The translations under genes and the position numbers were made by a program. From assembly GCF_009834535.1 (NCBI RefSeq), contig NC_045696.1, positions 104,162,001 through 104,226,000 of the forward strand: a DNA stretch of 64,000 nucleotides, in the 5' to 3' direction. Below are positions 25,473-38,711 of the stretch, one piece after another. A model generated the notes under the pieces. It was not told the DNA's origin, did no database searches, and was given only the letters and a program-made list of their open reading frames with translations. The stretch comes from Camelus ferus (taxonomy: Eukaryota). Each line of letters begins with the position of its first letter. Position 1 is the first letter of the stretch.

Positions 25473-27599
25473 GTGTAGGGCCACGGCTCCTGGGGGGCAG
25501 AACTTTCTCTGCAGTCCTAGCTTTTACTAGATTCCAGTAATTTTGTCCCTTTTTTTTTTTTTTTGTCCCTTCAGGTCTAGGAATAGAAAGAGCTTATCAT
25601 AGCGAGGCCTTTAGTAGCTCATAACCTCTTGTTGGTTCCTTGCCTGTTAATGCCTTTTTACGGTCTGTAGTTAAAGGTCTGAGTGTACTGCCTGTCTCCT
25701 GCTGGGAATGTGATTGATACACAGAGGCACCAACCGTGGGCAAAGGCTGGAAACCAAACTGTTCCTGGATAACAGTAGCATGGTCACATCAAGACAGCAG
25801 AGCACGTGCAGGAGCGAGCCTCTGCTGTGTGCCAGGCATGCATTCACTGAACACTCACAAACCTCCTCGAGGATGGTGTCTTCTGTGTTTTCTAATGATT
25901 ACCTGAGCCAGACCCCAGGTAGCTCCTTGGTCATAAACTGGGCTGATTTCTCTTCCTGATTAAGGAGGCTTCTAAGAATCCTGCCCCCGAAGTCCTCACA
26001 CAGGTCACACCACCCCTTAATCCATCATTTAAGTTGTTGTTAGGGGCTGGTGGGGGTATGGGGGGAACTGTAGGACACTTATGGGCTGTGTATGACGTTG
26101 GGCAAGTTGTACGGCCTCTCTGAGCCTCAGGTTCCTCATCTGCAAACAAGGGTCTTAATGCCTGTTGTGTGGTGTGTCGGGAGGATTGCATGAGGGAACA
26201 TGTATGGAGCGCCTGGAACCACACCTGGCTCAGAGTAGGAGTAAACCTGAGTGCCTCTGCCTTCCCAATAAAGGTGCACCGGGGGAGAGGATGTGATTGG
26301 TTGAGTGAATCAGGTCACACTTTTTAAATAGATGTTGGTCTGGGAGCATCATATCCCCCCAGAGGAGGCATTTCTAAGAGGTGGAATCCTCAGGAAGCCA
26401 AGAGGACTTTCCTTAGTTCTGAGGAGCTTGGTCAGTTCTTGAGGCTTCATATGAGGAAGACAGGGCTGACCCCGGTATATACAGCTTGCTTGTCTTTTGA
26501 AGTAGGTGATGCTCTGGAACTTGCCCCTCGTCTGTCTCCTGTGCTCTTCCTGCCTCCCTAACACAGTGCTGACCAGAGGAGGGCAGTGCCTGAAGGGTAT
26601 CTGGAGGAGGAGTGGGTTACTGGAGTTCTCCTAATGTGACTTTGCAAGCTTGGCTCCCTCTGCTTGCAGCAATCTCCATTCTCACCCAGGCCAACTCCTG
26701 CTAACTCCTACTCTCTCCACTCAGACATCATCCTACAGACCTGTTCCCTGGCTCCTGTCACCTCAGGAGGAGTTAGCTGCCCCTTTTCCCAGTGCCCCCC
26801 AGTTGCAATCCTGTTGCCACAGTTCCTGTGGCTCTCAGATCTGTTTCCTCCCCAGGGGCAGGCATTTGTCTTGCTCATCTTCATGATGAACAAGGTCTAG
26901 CCCAGGACCTGGCTCACGGTGCAGCTCAGGGCTCCCAGATGGCCAGTGGTGCATTTAGGAACAAGCTGTGGGAGAGGACTTGCCTCACGTAGGCCTGCTC
27001 CATCTCCCATTCTTCCCTGGTTAAAGCATATACACATTTATTCCACAAGCATTGATGGAGTACGTGCTGCGTTCCATTTGCGTTGCTGGAGATGCAGGAG
27101 TGGATTGGCTTAAGTTCTCCCGAAGCCTGCAGGCTACTAGGGAGGATGGCTGTGTGCTCGATGACACTGATACACAGCAGAAGCCCCCGGTGGCCCAAGA
27201 CAGTTGCTGAGCTACAGGATTAGAGGAAGAAGGGGAGACTCCTAATTGGGACCAGGGAAGACCTCCCACACAGGTTACCTTCCTGGTGACATACTGTCTT
27301 CCGAGCAGTTATAGCCTGTTTCTGATACCGCGATAGCTGCTGTGGGTGAGGTGGGGTGATAACACACAAGAAGCTCTATCCCGTGGTCCCTTTGCTTACC
27401 TTATCTCTGGGTTTCCGTCTTCTGTCACGGCTTCTTAAGAAACAATGCCCCTCCCCACCCCAGGAGATCTCCTAGAAATTTAAAACAAATGGGTTTCAGA
27501 AATCTAAATCTTTTAGAAATCTCTGTCAAATGGGGACCCATTTTTTTCCCCTGTGTTGATTTTTTTGTGTGGGCTTTAAAAAAATTTTCTTATTTTTAT

Positions 27600-28437
27600 G
27601 CAATTTTTATAAGTTACTTTTCATTTACAGTTATTACAAAATATTGGCTGTATTTCCCATGTTGTACAATACATCCTGTTTTACCCCTAATAGTTTGTAC
27701 CTCCCATACCCTCATCCCTGTATTGCCCCCCCCCACTGGTAACCACTGGTTTCTTCTCTGTATCTGTGTCTGCTGCTTTTATGTTATATTCACTAGTTTG
27801 TTGTATTTTTTTTTAGATTCCACATATAAGTGATATCATAGAGTATTTATCTTTCTCTGTCTGACTTATTTCACTTAGCATAATGCCCTCCAACTCCAAC
27901 CCAGTTGCTATAGATGGCAAAATTTCACTCTTTTTTATGGCTGAGAAGTATTCCATTGTGTGTGTTCATATATATATGTACATCTTCTTTATCCATTCAT
28001 CTGCTGTTGGACACTTAGGTTGTTTCCTTGTCTTGCCTATTGTAAATAATACTACTGTAAACATTGGGGTGAATACATATTTTCTTTTTTTTTAAATATA
28101 TTTTTATTGAAGTATAGTCAGTTTACAATGTTATGTCAATTTCTAGTGTACAGCACAATGCTTCAGTCATGTAGGAACATATGTATATTTATTTTCATAT
28201 TCTTTTTAACCATAAGTTACTACAAGATACTGAATATTGCTCCCTGTGCTATATAGTATAAACTTGTTTCAGTGCATCATTTTGAATTAGTGTTTTTGAT
28301 TTGTTTTTCAGATATATACCCAGGAGTGGAATTGATGGGTCATACAGTACTTCTATTTTTAGGTTTTTGAGAAACCTCCATACTGTTTTCCACCGTGGCT
28401 GCACTAATTTACATTTCCACCAATAGTGTAACAAGGT
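27600..28437 (-). mobile_element. L1 3' end with a younger L1 3' stub nested at about 28082-28270
   Basis: ORF scrap [37 protein letters not shown]; the nested stub starts ttttattgaagtatagtcagtttacaatg. Confidence 0.85.
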
Positions 28438-28439
28438 TC

Positions 28440-28890
28440 AAGTGGGGACCCATTTGATTGGCACAGTGACTAGAGGATCTGCTGGCAAAGTCAGTATGTG
28501 GTCAGGGATGCTAAACATCCTGCAAATCCCGGGACAGTCTGGCTCAGTGAAAATCTGTTGTAGATTGTACATGACTCTCAAGTGCCCTGCCTGACATTCA
28601 AGTAGGTAAAAAATTTGTTTATATAATGCTTTGAGCCTAAAACTTAATTCTGTTTTACATGTAAACACAAAAGTATTTTCTGCTTGATCTTAATAAACAC
28701 TGAATCTTCCAGGGGTGCAACTATTGTGTAAATCAAAGAACAATGTACTTTATTTTGTTTGAAACTTTGCCAAATGTTGTTTAAGAGGTTGGAAATCATG
28801 TCACTATCAGACTTGATGCCCGATTGAGCTTTCCATTATCAGTCTGCATTTACAACTGTTGCACTTGTATTTGTTTAAACCTTATTTTAA
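28440..28890. mobile_element. hAT-Charlie relic (MER20B-like)
   Basis: cagggatgctaaacatcctgcaa...gagcctaaaacttaattctgttttacatgtaaacacaaaagtatt. Confidence 0.6.
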
Positions 28891-29899
28891 AATGCTAAAA
28901 GTAAAGAAAAAGTTGACAATATATGTGCTTTAAAGCAAATATCATGGAGATTACACCAAGTGCTGAGGAGAAATGGGCGGATGGTAAGAGGATACATAAC
29001 TTGAGGATGGGAGCTCTTTTAGGTAAAGAAGTTAAGGAATCCTTTCTGTGGAAGAGATATGAGGTGAAAGGTGAAGGATGACAAAGAGCCAACCATGCAA
29101 AAGCCCTGAGGTTGCAATAGCTGGACATGTCCTAGGAACTGTCAGAATCCCCATGTAACTAGAGTACAGGTGAGCAAGGAAGGAGAGTGGCAGGGATGGA
29201 GGAGGCTTAAGAAGTGGATAAGGGCCTTGAAAGCACAGTAAGGATTTTATTCTCTGAGAATCATTGAGTGGTATGAAGCAGCAGATGGCATGGTTGAAAT
29301 GATCTTTTAGAAAGATCAGGCTGCAGGCCTGAGCCAGGGAAAGCACAAGATGAGCCTGGGATATTTTTAGTGTCAGAAAGCACAAAAGGGGGGAAGGGTG
29401 CAGCTCAGTGGCAGAGACAGGACAAATCAATGGAATATGGGCTCCTAGACTGGATTCTGGAGCAGAAAAAGGACATTAATGGGACAACCGGCGGAGTTTA
29501 AATTTAAATAAGGTCTGTAGATCAGTTAACGGGATAGTACACATTTCTTGGTGTTGATGGTTAGTCTATGGTTATGTAAGATGCAGAAGCTTGGTGAAAG
29601 GTACAGGGGAACTCTTTGTACCATTTCTGCAAATTTCTTTAAGTATGAAATTATCATAAAACAGTAAGTTAGACACATAATAAATAAATACATTTTAAAA
29701 ATCACACATTTGTGTGCACACACACACACAATATTGGGTTGGTTGCTGTGTGAAGAATGGGTTACAGGGGCAAGAGTAGAGACAGGAAGACAAGTTAGGA
29801 AGCTTTTGCAGGTGAATGAAAGGTGATGGTGGCCTGGATGGGAGTAGTGGTGGTGGGGATGGGGACAAGTGGAAGATAAATGTTATATACACATACATG

Positions 29900-30820
29900 T
29901 TAAAATTGAGATGTAATTCACATACCATAAAATCCACCATTTCGAGGTGTGCAATCCAGTGAGTTTTAGTATATTCTCAAGGTGGAGCAACCATCACCAC
30001 TATCTAATTCCAGAACATTTTCATCACCTGGGAAGAAACTGCATACCCTCCCAATTCTCCCCTCCCCCAGCCCCTAGCAACCATTAATCTATTTTCCTTC
30101 TTTAGGGACTTGCCTATTTTGGACTTTTCACATGAATGGAATCATACTGTATGTGGCCTTTTTTTCTCTGGCTTTTTCACTATGCTTAACATTTTCAAGG
30201 CTTATCAATGTTGTAGCATCCATCGATACTTCATTCCTTTTTATGGTTAAATAACATTGCATAGATATACCATATTTTGTTTATCCATATATTAGTTGAT
30301 GCACATGTAGATTGTTTTCACTTTTTGACTATTATGAATAATGCTGCTAGAAACATGAATTTTTAGATTTGATAAAACCCAATATATCTATTTTTACTTT
30401 GGTTCCTTGTGCTTTTGGTGTTAAATCTAAGAAAATACTGCCTAATCTTAGGTCATAAGGATTTACCTTTGTGTTTCCTCCTAAGTGTTTAATAGTTTTA
30501 GTTCTTACATTTAGGTCTTTGGTCCATTTTGAGTTAACTTTTGTGTGGGTACAGATTCATTCTTTTTTGCGTGAATATCCATTTGTCCCAGCACTATTTA
30601 CAAAAAAGACTGTCTTTTCCCCTTTGAATAGGTTTGGCGTCCTGTAGATGTATGGGTTTATTTCTGGACTCTCAATTGTATACCATTGATATCTATCCAT
30701 CAGTCTATCTATCTGTCTGTCTGTCTATTTATCAATTTTCTTACTCCAGTTACCACATTGTCTTGTTCACTATAGCTCTGTAGTAGATTTTCAAATAGGA
30801 AAGGGTGAATCCTCTAACTA
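29900..30820 (-). mobile_element. Old L1 (L1MB-like) 3' UTR and ORF2 fragments
   Basis: ttgagatgtaattcacataccataaaatccacc...atttgtcccagcactatttacaaaaaagactgtc. Confidence 0.85.
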
Positions 30821-31148
30821 AAATTTATATTTTAAACACGAAGTCAACAAGACTTGTTTATGGATTTGATGGGGAGTATGGAAATATCACAACCTTTGGG
30901 ACTTTTGCAAACTGTGTCGGCTCTCTGGGGGTCACAGAAGATAAGCCACCTCCTCCAATGGATGATTATGGGGAGAGTCACCTTTCCCTGCAGCCAGTGT
31001 GGAGAAATTACATATCTCATTCCCCTGTTGTCTAGAGAGCTTAAAGGGAGAGAGTAAGTGCTCTGTAAATATCTACTGCTGCCCCGTGTTGTTGGAAAGC
31101 AATCACAGAGAACAATGCACGGTAGTTCTGTGTTGTGGATTTGTGTAG

Positions 31149-31485
31149 AGCTGCGCTGTTCAGCACAGTGTCACTGGCCATGTGTGGCTAAAAATGTGGC
31201 TGGTGCAGCTGAGGAACTGAGTTTTCATTTTATTGGATTACAACTGACATTTAAAAACTGAAACTTGACTCAGTTAGAAAATGTTTAGGTATGTTTAGAA
31301 TAATTTGATATCTCATTAATAAGGTTATATTGATTACATGTTGAACTGGTAATATTTTGGATACATTGGATCAAGTAAGGTTACTTTATTAATATTGCCA
31401 GTTCTTTTTACTTTTTAAAATGAGGCTACTAGAATATTAAAAATTATATTCTGGCTTACGTTATATTTCTAGGACAGAGCTGCTC
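31149..31485. mobile_element. MER33/MER3-like hAT-Charlie MITE; a related element lies at about 48054-48255
   Basis: gctgcgctgttca...ggccatgtgtggcta...gaggaactgagtttt...ggacagagctgctct. Confidence 0.7.
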
Positions 31486-31909
31486 TCGATGTTTTAATGA
31501 TGAGCCCCCAAGGCCATTTTCAACCACAAAGATCATCGCACAGACAAAGAACTGTAGTGACTTCCCCGTTGAGATTTAATGTTCCAATTAAATGGAGGTT
31601 ATAAATGAGATTAATGGGAAAAACAAAGGCAAAGCCAGGCCTGGGTCTTGATGGAGTGTCAGAGGGTGACATGCCCACTTCTTCCTCTTTCTGTCCTTAA
31701 GTGCCCTCCCTGCTGGCTCTTGCTGCCTTTGTATAGCTTCTCTTTTCTAAGGAAAAGGGGCAAAGCTCTGCAGTTTGCTCAGCCAGGACTTCTGGCCTCC
31801 CTTTTCCTTGTCTCCTCCCTGCCTTTCCTTCTCAAGGGCTCACAGCATTTTACTATACACATCACCCGTCTTCTCTGGAGAAACGTAAGACAGACACTTA
31901 ACTCTAAAG

Positions 31910-32309
31910 CAGGGGTTGGCAGACTTTTCTGGTAAAGGGTCAGAATAAATAATTTAGGCTTTGTGACCATAGTCTCTGACACAACCGTTCAATTCTGCGT
32001 AGAGTGAAAATAGCCACAGACGATGTGTAAACAAATGTTAAGGGCTGTTTCCCCCCAAAATTTTATTTATGGACACTGAAGTTAGAATTTCATATAATTT
32101 CCCCGTGTCATGAAATATTCTTTTTTTGATTGAAATATAGTCAGTTTACAGTGTTGTGTCCGTTTCTGGTGTACAGTATAATGTTTCTGTTACAGTCTTC
32201 TGATTTTTTTTAAAAACTCTTTCAAAATGCAAAATCCATTCTAAACTCAAGAGCAATATGAAAACAGCTGGGTAGGATTTGGTCCTTAGGTCTTGCTTTG
32301 CTGACCCTG
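31910..32309. mobile_element. MER58B-like hAT MITE with an 8-bp TSD, containing a tiny L1 3' stub (about 32120-32190)
   Basis: TIRs caggggttggcagact...tttgctgaccctg; TSD ctctaaag (31902-31909) and ccctaaag (32310-32317). Confidence 0.85.
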
Positions 32310-33033
32310 CCCTAAAGTGTAAGTGAAGACTCAATGTAATGAACCACTCTTTTAAGAATATTGGGGCAGAAGGATCTTTTCATTCCTTTACTGTACAGCT
32401 CAGTCCCAGCTAATTGTAAGTACTCAGTACTTCAGCCAAGTGATCAGATTTTCAGGAGCCCTGTCCAGGTAGGGGGTTAAACACTGAGGACCATCAGAAG
32501 ACATGGACAGCAGAAGGGACTTCTGTGCAGTGATCGTCCTCAGGCTTGGGAGAGAAAGCTCCCTGCTCTGCATCTTGTACTGTGAAGGGTCTGCTCTGGC
32601 CCTGGGCTGACTTTACCCTCCGTAGGGGATGAAAAATCTACAGGGCAATGGGGACATGCTCACTTGAAGACTCACCCCTTCCTCCATGTTTCAGATACTT
32701 GGGACCCCATAATTCCCTGCCCAGATGACCTCAAGTCCACTTTTATGCTGGTGTGGCCTCTGCCCTGGCCCATTCTCCCATGCAGAGACTACACTGCCAG
32801 TGTGCTCACACTTGGGCCAAGGATTTGCCAAGGGGCAGCTGTTTGCACAGGGTACAGGGGAGCTTGGAAGCATGGGCTAGGGCTTGTGTGTGCCGAGGTG
32901 AGCAGGGGCAGGGGCTAGGCCTGGGATAGAGGGCCAGGGATGGCTTCTTCTGTCTGGCTGTGTTAGGCATAAAATTCTAAACTTAAACCTGACTTTCCAG
33001 GTAATTTGTCATGGCAGCAAGATAAGCTATATT

Positions 33034-33136
33034 TTATTTTATTTTTATCTTATTTTTTAATTTTTTAAATAGACTTTATTCTTTTAGAGCAGTTTCAGGT
33101 TCACAACAGAACTGAGCAGAAAATACAGAGTAAGAT
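33034..33136 (-). mobile_element. L1 extreme 3' stub of about 100 bp with a 15-bp TSD, followed by a (TA)n tract
   Basis: aagataagctatatt (33019-33033) and aaggtaagctatatt (33137-33151) flank tagactttattcttttagagcagtttcaggttcacaac. Confidence 0.8.
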
Positions 33137-33345
33137 AAGGTAAGCTATATTGAATATATATATATATATATATATAATATACATATATATAATGAACAGT
33201 TTGTTAGTTTTACTTATAACAAATATTTAGACACATGTCTATGAGCCTCCATTTGTATCTTTACCCTAAATCCTGCAAATGTTAGGGTGGGCCTGCTTCT
33301 ACAATTGATTTAACTTTGAAATGGAGGTGGAAGGTAGGTGGGAGT

Positions 33346-33570
33346 CAGTGGTAAAGCCTGTGGTAAAGCTGGCCTGTTCTGGCTGGGGCTCATGAGAACC
33401 CATTGTGTGTATCTGTTCCCAACTCTATGTTCAGTGATGCCATGCTGGCAGCTTGGAGTTGGCCAAGGTGGGAGTATTTATACCATGAAAATGGCAAATG
33501 CCACAAATCAGAGTTTTTGGCTTGTTTGTTTTGAGAACTGGTTGCTAAATATTAACCAGCACATCACACA
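33346..33570. mobile_element. MER63-like hAT relic
   Basis: ttggccaaggtgggagtatttataccatgaaaatggcaaatgccacaaatcagag...aaatattaaccagcacatcac. Confidence 0.65.
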
Positions 33571-34954
33571 CTGTGTAACTGCCCACTGTCTGTGACAGAG
33601 GCTAGCTTGTCCCCCCTTGCCCCATATGGAGTTTCTCCTCATTTCCTATCTGAGGAGAGCAGACCTAGAGGGTTTCTCTTCTAGAGACATGTTTGGCAGA
33701 AAAGTGAGATTGAAGCTTACTGAATCATTCACTCTTTTCTCAGAGTTTCTGAAATAAACCAAGTTCCTGGTCGTCCAGAGCCACATGCTTGAGTAGTGCC
33801 AAGCTCTGATCCTTAGAGCAGCCCCTCTATAGAGGTCCCACTTCAACTGTTGCCACTGATTTTGCCACTAACAAGACACGAACATTCCCAGTCTCACACA
33901 TGATGTTTGCAGAATACTTGTCAATTCAGATAAACATGTAAAATTTTCATGGTTAAAATTCAGGCACGTCCTGATTAGTCCTTAGATTCCATTCCCTGAA
34001 CGTACCGGTAATAGCAAAAGCTAGTTTCTCCTCTTAGTTTCCACGCCTGCCCTCTGATGGTGAATTGAGAGAACTACAGGCAGATTTCTATGAATGCCGT
34101 AGATTCAGGGAGATAGGTTCACAAACTCAGCCACCTGCTGGACCAAGCAGGAAGTGCAGAAGAATGAAGAGGGTAGGATGTGAGAAGAATGGGGAGTTAC
34201 GGGGTGTACTGGAGAACTCAGGCCCCATCTAAAAGGGAATGACCCTACTCACTCAGGGTTAAAGGCTACCACTAAGACTATGAGTCTAGACAGAGGTCAC
34301 AGCCTAGAAGCCTACAGGTCCATATCTTTTGTTGGGCCTTCCCAGTGTTGAACCACGCAGTGTTTCAAAATAGTTGCATACATTAAAAGTTTTTTATTTA
34401 CAGATTTTTGGTATTTATCTGAATATTTGGAGTTAAAGTCAAAAGCAAGTGGAGACTGGTCTTGAAATTTCCCTGAGCAGACAAAACCGGTCTAGTCATT
34501 AATTTAGCTTAATTACCAATTACTATGAAGACACCGCCTTCTCACTATATGAGCTGTTTTGTAACGGTATACCCTGGAGCCTCATTCCATGTTTGGTTTG
34601 AGTGCTCCCAGTTTGCAAGCTGTCTTTTTGGTGTTGTGCACAATAATTTTCTTTTTACACCAATTACTACTTCTGAGATTCGCTGGTTTTATTTTGGCTA
34701 TTTCTGAGCCTTTGGCATGGACAATCTCAAGTTCATACTGCAACATGGCAACAATCTGGTAATACGACTATTAGAAAACCTTTGAAAATGGCAATGGACA
34801 CTCAAAAGCAAGTTACTGTGATTTTCCCAAAGGAAGAATTATCTCTATGACATCCCCAACAGACAAGTTTTATGCTTTAGAAATCCCAAACATAGGGAAT
34901 CCATTATTTTTTATTTGCTTTTAGTTTTTTATTATATATTTCATACAAACAAAA

Positions 34955-34955
<1 letters not shown>

Positions 34956-35002
<47 letters not shown>
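34956..35002. repeat. Perfect (CA)~23 microsatellite
   Basis: Directly visible. Confidence 0.98.
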
Positions 35003-35004
<2 letters not shown>

Positions 35005-35090
35005 TAAGGTATGTAGAATAATAAACAGCCTTCTCTCCACAATCCATCTTAAGAATCGAACATTACCAGTGCTTTTGAAAGCCACCCATA

Positions 35091-35253
35091 GGGGGAGGGT
35101 ATAGCTCAGTGGCAGAGTGCATGGTTAGCATACATGAGGTTCCGGGTTCAATCCCCAGTACCTCTATTAAAATAAGTAAATAAGTAGATAGATAAATAGA
35201 TAGATAGATAAAACTACCTCCTCACTAAACAAATAAAAAAATTTTAAGAAAGC
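35091..35253 (+). mobile_element. tRNA-Ala-like SINE with intact A and B boxes and a (TAGA)n-containing tail
   Basis: gggggagggtatagctcagtggcagag...gggttcaatccccagtacctc; flanked by aagccacc on both sides (35079 and 35254). Confidence 0.9.
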
Positions 35254-35813
35254 AAGCCACCTGTGTCCTATTCCATTTAAATCTGCTCTCTCCCCACTGA
35301 AGGTAGATACTATTGTTTTCTTTACCATTCCCTTACTAAACTTAGTGATTCTGAGAATTATGCTAATAATTTTATTGTCACATTGGATTTTTCTATGTAG
35401 AGAATCATTTCTTTTGAGAAAATTAACTTATTTGTTCCTTTCCAACCCCTCTATCTGCTTCTTTTTCTCCAGTTACTGTACTGATTAGGTTCTGTGATTC
35501 AACGTTGCTAAGAAGTGGTGATAGTAGGGGCATCCTTATTTTAGCCTTGATTTAAAACAAAGTTTTTGTTTCATTATGAACTGTAATGTTTGCTGCAGGT
35601 TTTGATAGTCATGCTTAGTTAAATAAATTCCCTTCTATTCCTAATTTGCTAAGGATAGCAGTTATGAATAGCTGTTGAACATGATCAATGAGCTTTTTCT
35701 GAAACTATTAAGGTGATAATATATTTAACTTTTTATTACAGAACATACATAAAAATAAAGAGACTGTTATAAATAATCCTCATAACATATCATCCAAATT
35801 CAACAGTGATCAA

Positions 35814-36583
35814 TTTCCTGCCATTCTTTTTTTCTTTTGACACATATTTGCTATTTATTTTAACTAAAGTCTACACAAATATTTGACAGTTTTCGGGATC
35901 ATTCATTGTTCTAAACAGAGAATTTTAGGGAAAAATATACATTATAATTAAACAAGTATTGATATCATTTCACACATCATTTTTGATAAAACATGGCTTA
36001 ACATTATAATAAATTCAGCCATCTTTGACTTTTGACCAAGCTGAGTTTCCTTTGAACTTCCCCAGTTTTGTTCTGCTTTGTTTTTCTTACCATGTAGAGA
36101 AGGGAAATTTGCTGGAAATTGAAGTTGCTTGTTTATAATTATTCTCCCAGGTCTTATGGGGAGGCTAAGGATTTATATGTAATTAAACACATTCAATTGT
36201 AAGGAAATCTATAGCAGTCAATGTACAGAGTGTACAACTGTTATGAATTATGGTATTTCTTAAGTGAAACTTAAGTATCTATAAAGAAACATCCCAAAGG
36301 GGCATTGTATTGACATTTGTTTTGTATGCTATGGAATTCATCCTACCTCTGCTTTCACTCCTTTTTTTCTTTTGTGTGTGTGTGTGTGTTTGTATTTATG
36401 TATTTTTATTGACATATAGTCTGTTTACAGTGTTGTGTCAATTTCTGGTGTACAGCACAAACTTCAGTCATATATGAACATACATATATTCATTTTCATA
36501 TTCTTTTTCACTATAAGTTACTACGATATTGAATATAGTTCCCTGTGATGTACAATATGAACTTGTTGTTTCCTGCCACTCTT
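35814..36583 (-). mobile_element. 5'-truncated L1 with a probable 3' transduction of about 520 bp, inside an older L1MC-like host
   Basis: TSD tttcctgccattctt/tttcctgccactctt; L1 3' stub 36405-36568; first tail 36362-36404; unrecognised segment; AATAAA (minus, 35854-35859); second poly(A) 35827-35838. Confidence 0.75.
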
Positions 36584-37104
36584 GTACCATCTCTTCTCCC
36601 ACTTTTTTCCTGAGTATTTGAAATTCCCTGGCATCATATCATTTAATGTGTAAATACAGTAGTGTGTGTACTTCTAACAGATAGGGACTTTTAAGAAGTG
36701 TAGCCATATACTCATGAATACCACCTCCCACCCCCGTAATAATAATTCTTCTGTGTCATCTAATATCCAGGCTGAGTTCAATTTTTCCTGTTTTTCCAAA
36801 CTGTTATATTTTTATTGTTGGTTTATTTGAACCAAGATGCAAAAAGGCACACATTTAACTTGGTTAATATGTTCCTTAAATCTCTTATAGGCTGTAAAAC
36901 TTTTCCATTTTTAAAAAAATGCTGTTTGATGAAGAAACTAAATTGTGGTTCTATAGAATTTCTTGCCTACTATATTTATCTGATTTAATTTCTGAACTGT
37001 TATTTACATGTTATTCCATCCCTTGTATTTCTGATAATCATTAGAACCAGAGACTTGAGTAGATTTAATATCTTCCTTTTCTTTTTCTTTTTCACAACAA
37101 TTTT

Positions 37105-38305
37105 TTTCCCAATTTTTAAAAATTGAAGTATAGTTGGTTTACAATGTTGTATTAGTTTCTGGTGTACAGCATAGTGATTTGGTTATACATATATACATAT
37201 TCTTTTCCATTACAGATTACTACAAACCATTGAATATAGTTCCTTGTGCTATACAGTAGGACCTTGTTGTTTATCTATTCTGTACATAGTAGTTTTTATC
37301 TGCCAAAAATGTTGAAAAATTTTAAATATTTATTTGGCAAAATTTCTCTATAGGCGGTGCTGTGTACTTCCTACTGCATCACATCGGGAGATACATAATT
37401 ATCTGCTTGTCTCATTTTTGGTGATCTTGGTATCGATCAGCTGGTTCAGATGGAGTCAGCCTATAATCCATCCATTAGAAGTCTCCCATCTACCTTTTTC
37501 ACTCGATGCTTTAGGCAGCCATTGTTGATCATTATCTGTATCTGTGATTTCATTAGAGATTGCAGAATAGTGATTTTCCAAGTCATTAAGTCTTCCTACA
37601 TTTATCAGTTGTAATTTTCCCGTAAAGAAGAGTTTAATCAATTATTTGGTTACCCTGAAAAGGAGTCTTAATAGGAGAGGCAAAGTAAATGCTAGATTCT
37701 TTCTTTTTATGTGTCAGTTTCAGAATGAGTTGATATCCTGGCAACCTCCAAAGACATCCGATGGTGGCTTTATAAAGTTATCATTACAAATCAATGAATT
37801 TTTGTGTATTTGTTGTGTTTTATAAAGTACATTTTTACATACTTGTTTCAATGTGTTGAAATAATAATAATTATTATTTTAATTGAAGTATATTTGAATA
37901 TTGTATTAGTTTCAGGCATGTAGCAAAGGAATTCAGTTATACACATATATTTTTTCAGATTATTTTCCATTATAGGTTATTAAAGATTTTTGAATATAGT
38001 TCCCTGTGCTATACAGTAAATTCTTGTTGCTTATCTATTTTATGTATAAATAGTTTGTATCTATTAATCCCATACTTCTAATTTATCCCTCCCCCTATCA
38101 CTTTCCCCTTTGGTGACTGTAAGTTTGTTTTCTATGTCTGAGTCTGTTTCTGTTTTGTATATAGATTCATTTGTATTATTTCTTAGATTCCACTTATAAG
38201 TGATGTCGTATAATATTTGTCTTTCTCTGTCTGACTTACTTCACTTAGTATATTATTCTCTAGGTCCATCCATGTTATAGCAAATGACAATATTTCATTC
38301 TTAAT
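37105..38305 (-). mobile_element. Two truncated L1 3' ends (about 37105-37300 and 37875-38305) within an older L1 relic
   Basis: Repeated aattgaagtata...gaatatagttcc(c/t)tgtgctatacagta motif. Confidence 0.85.
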
Positions 38306-38711
38306 TATTATTTGTGATGCTCAAATTATTCCATTTTTCACTAGTGGAAGCTCCTTCTAGTTGGTTCCAAGGTACCGAGGCCCCAGGCAATCATGTAATT
38401 ATGCAAGGTTACTTTCCTTTAGAGGATGGCAGGGGTCTATTAGGCAGATTACCTAACTAGTCCTGACCAATTTCTGATTAATTGGTATAAGATTCCATTT
38501 CTGGGAGAGCCAAAATGGTAATGAAGTCTTGGTTTGGTGACATGGAGCTTAGCATAAGCAACCCTATTTTGGTCCTGTTTTCTTATTTTTAATACCACAG
38601 CATAAGGTACATCCAGAGAAGTGTAGTTTCTACCCTATCTCAGCCCATCTCTTCTCTTGTTCCCCTTTTATAAGACCATTATTATTAGGTTTTGGTTTAT
38701 CTGTTCTTTGC

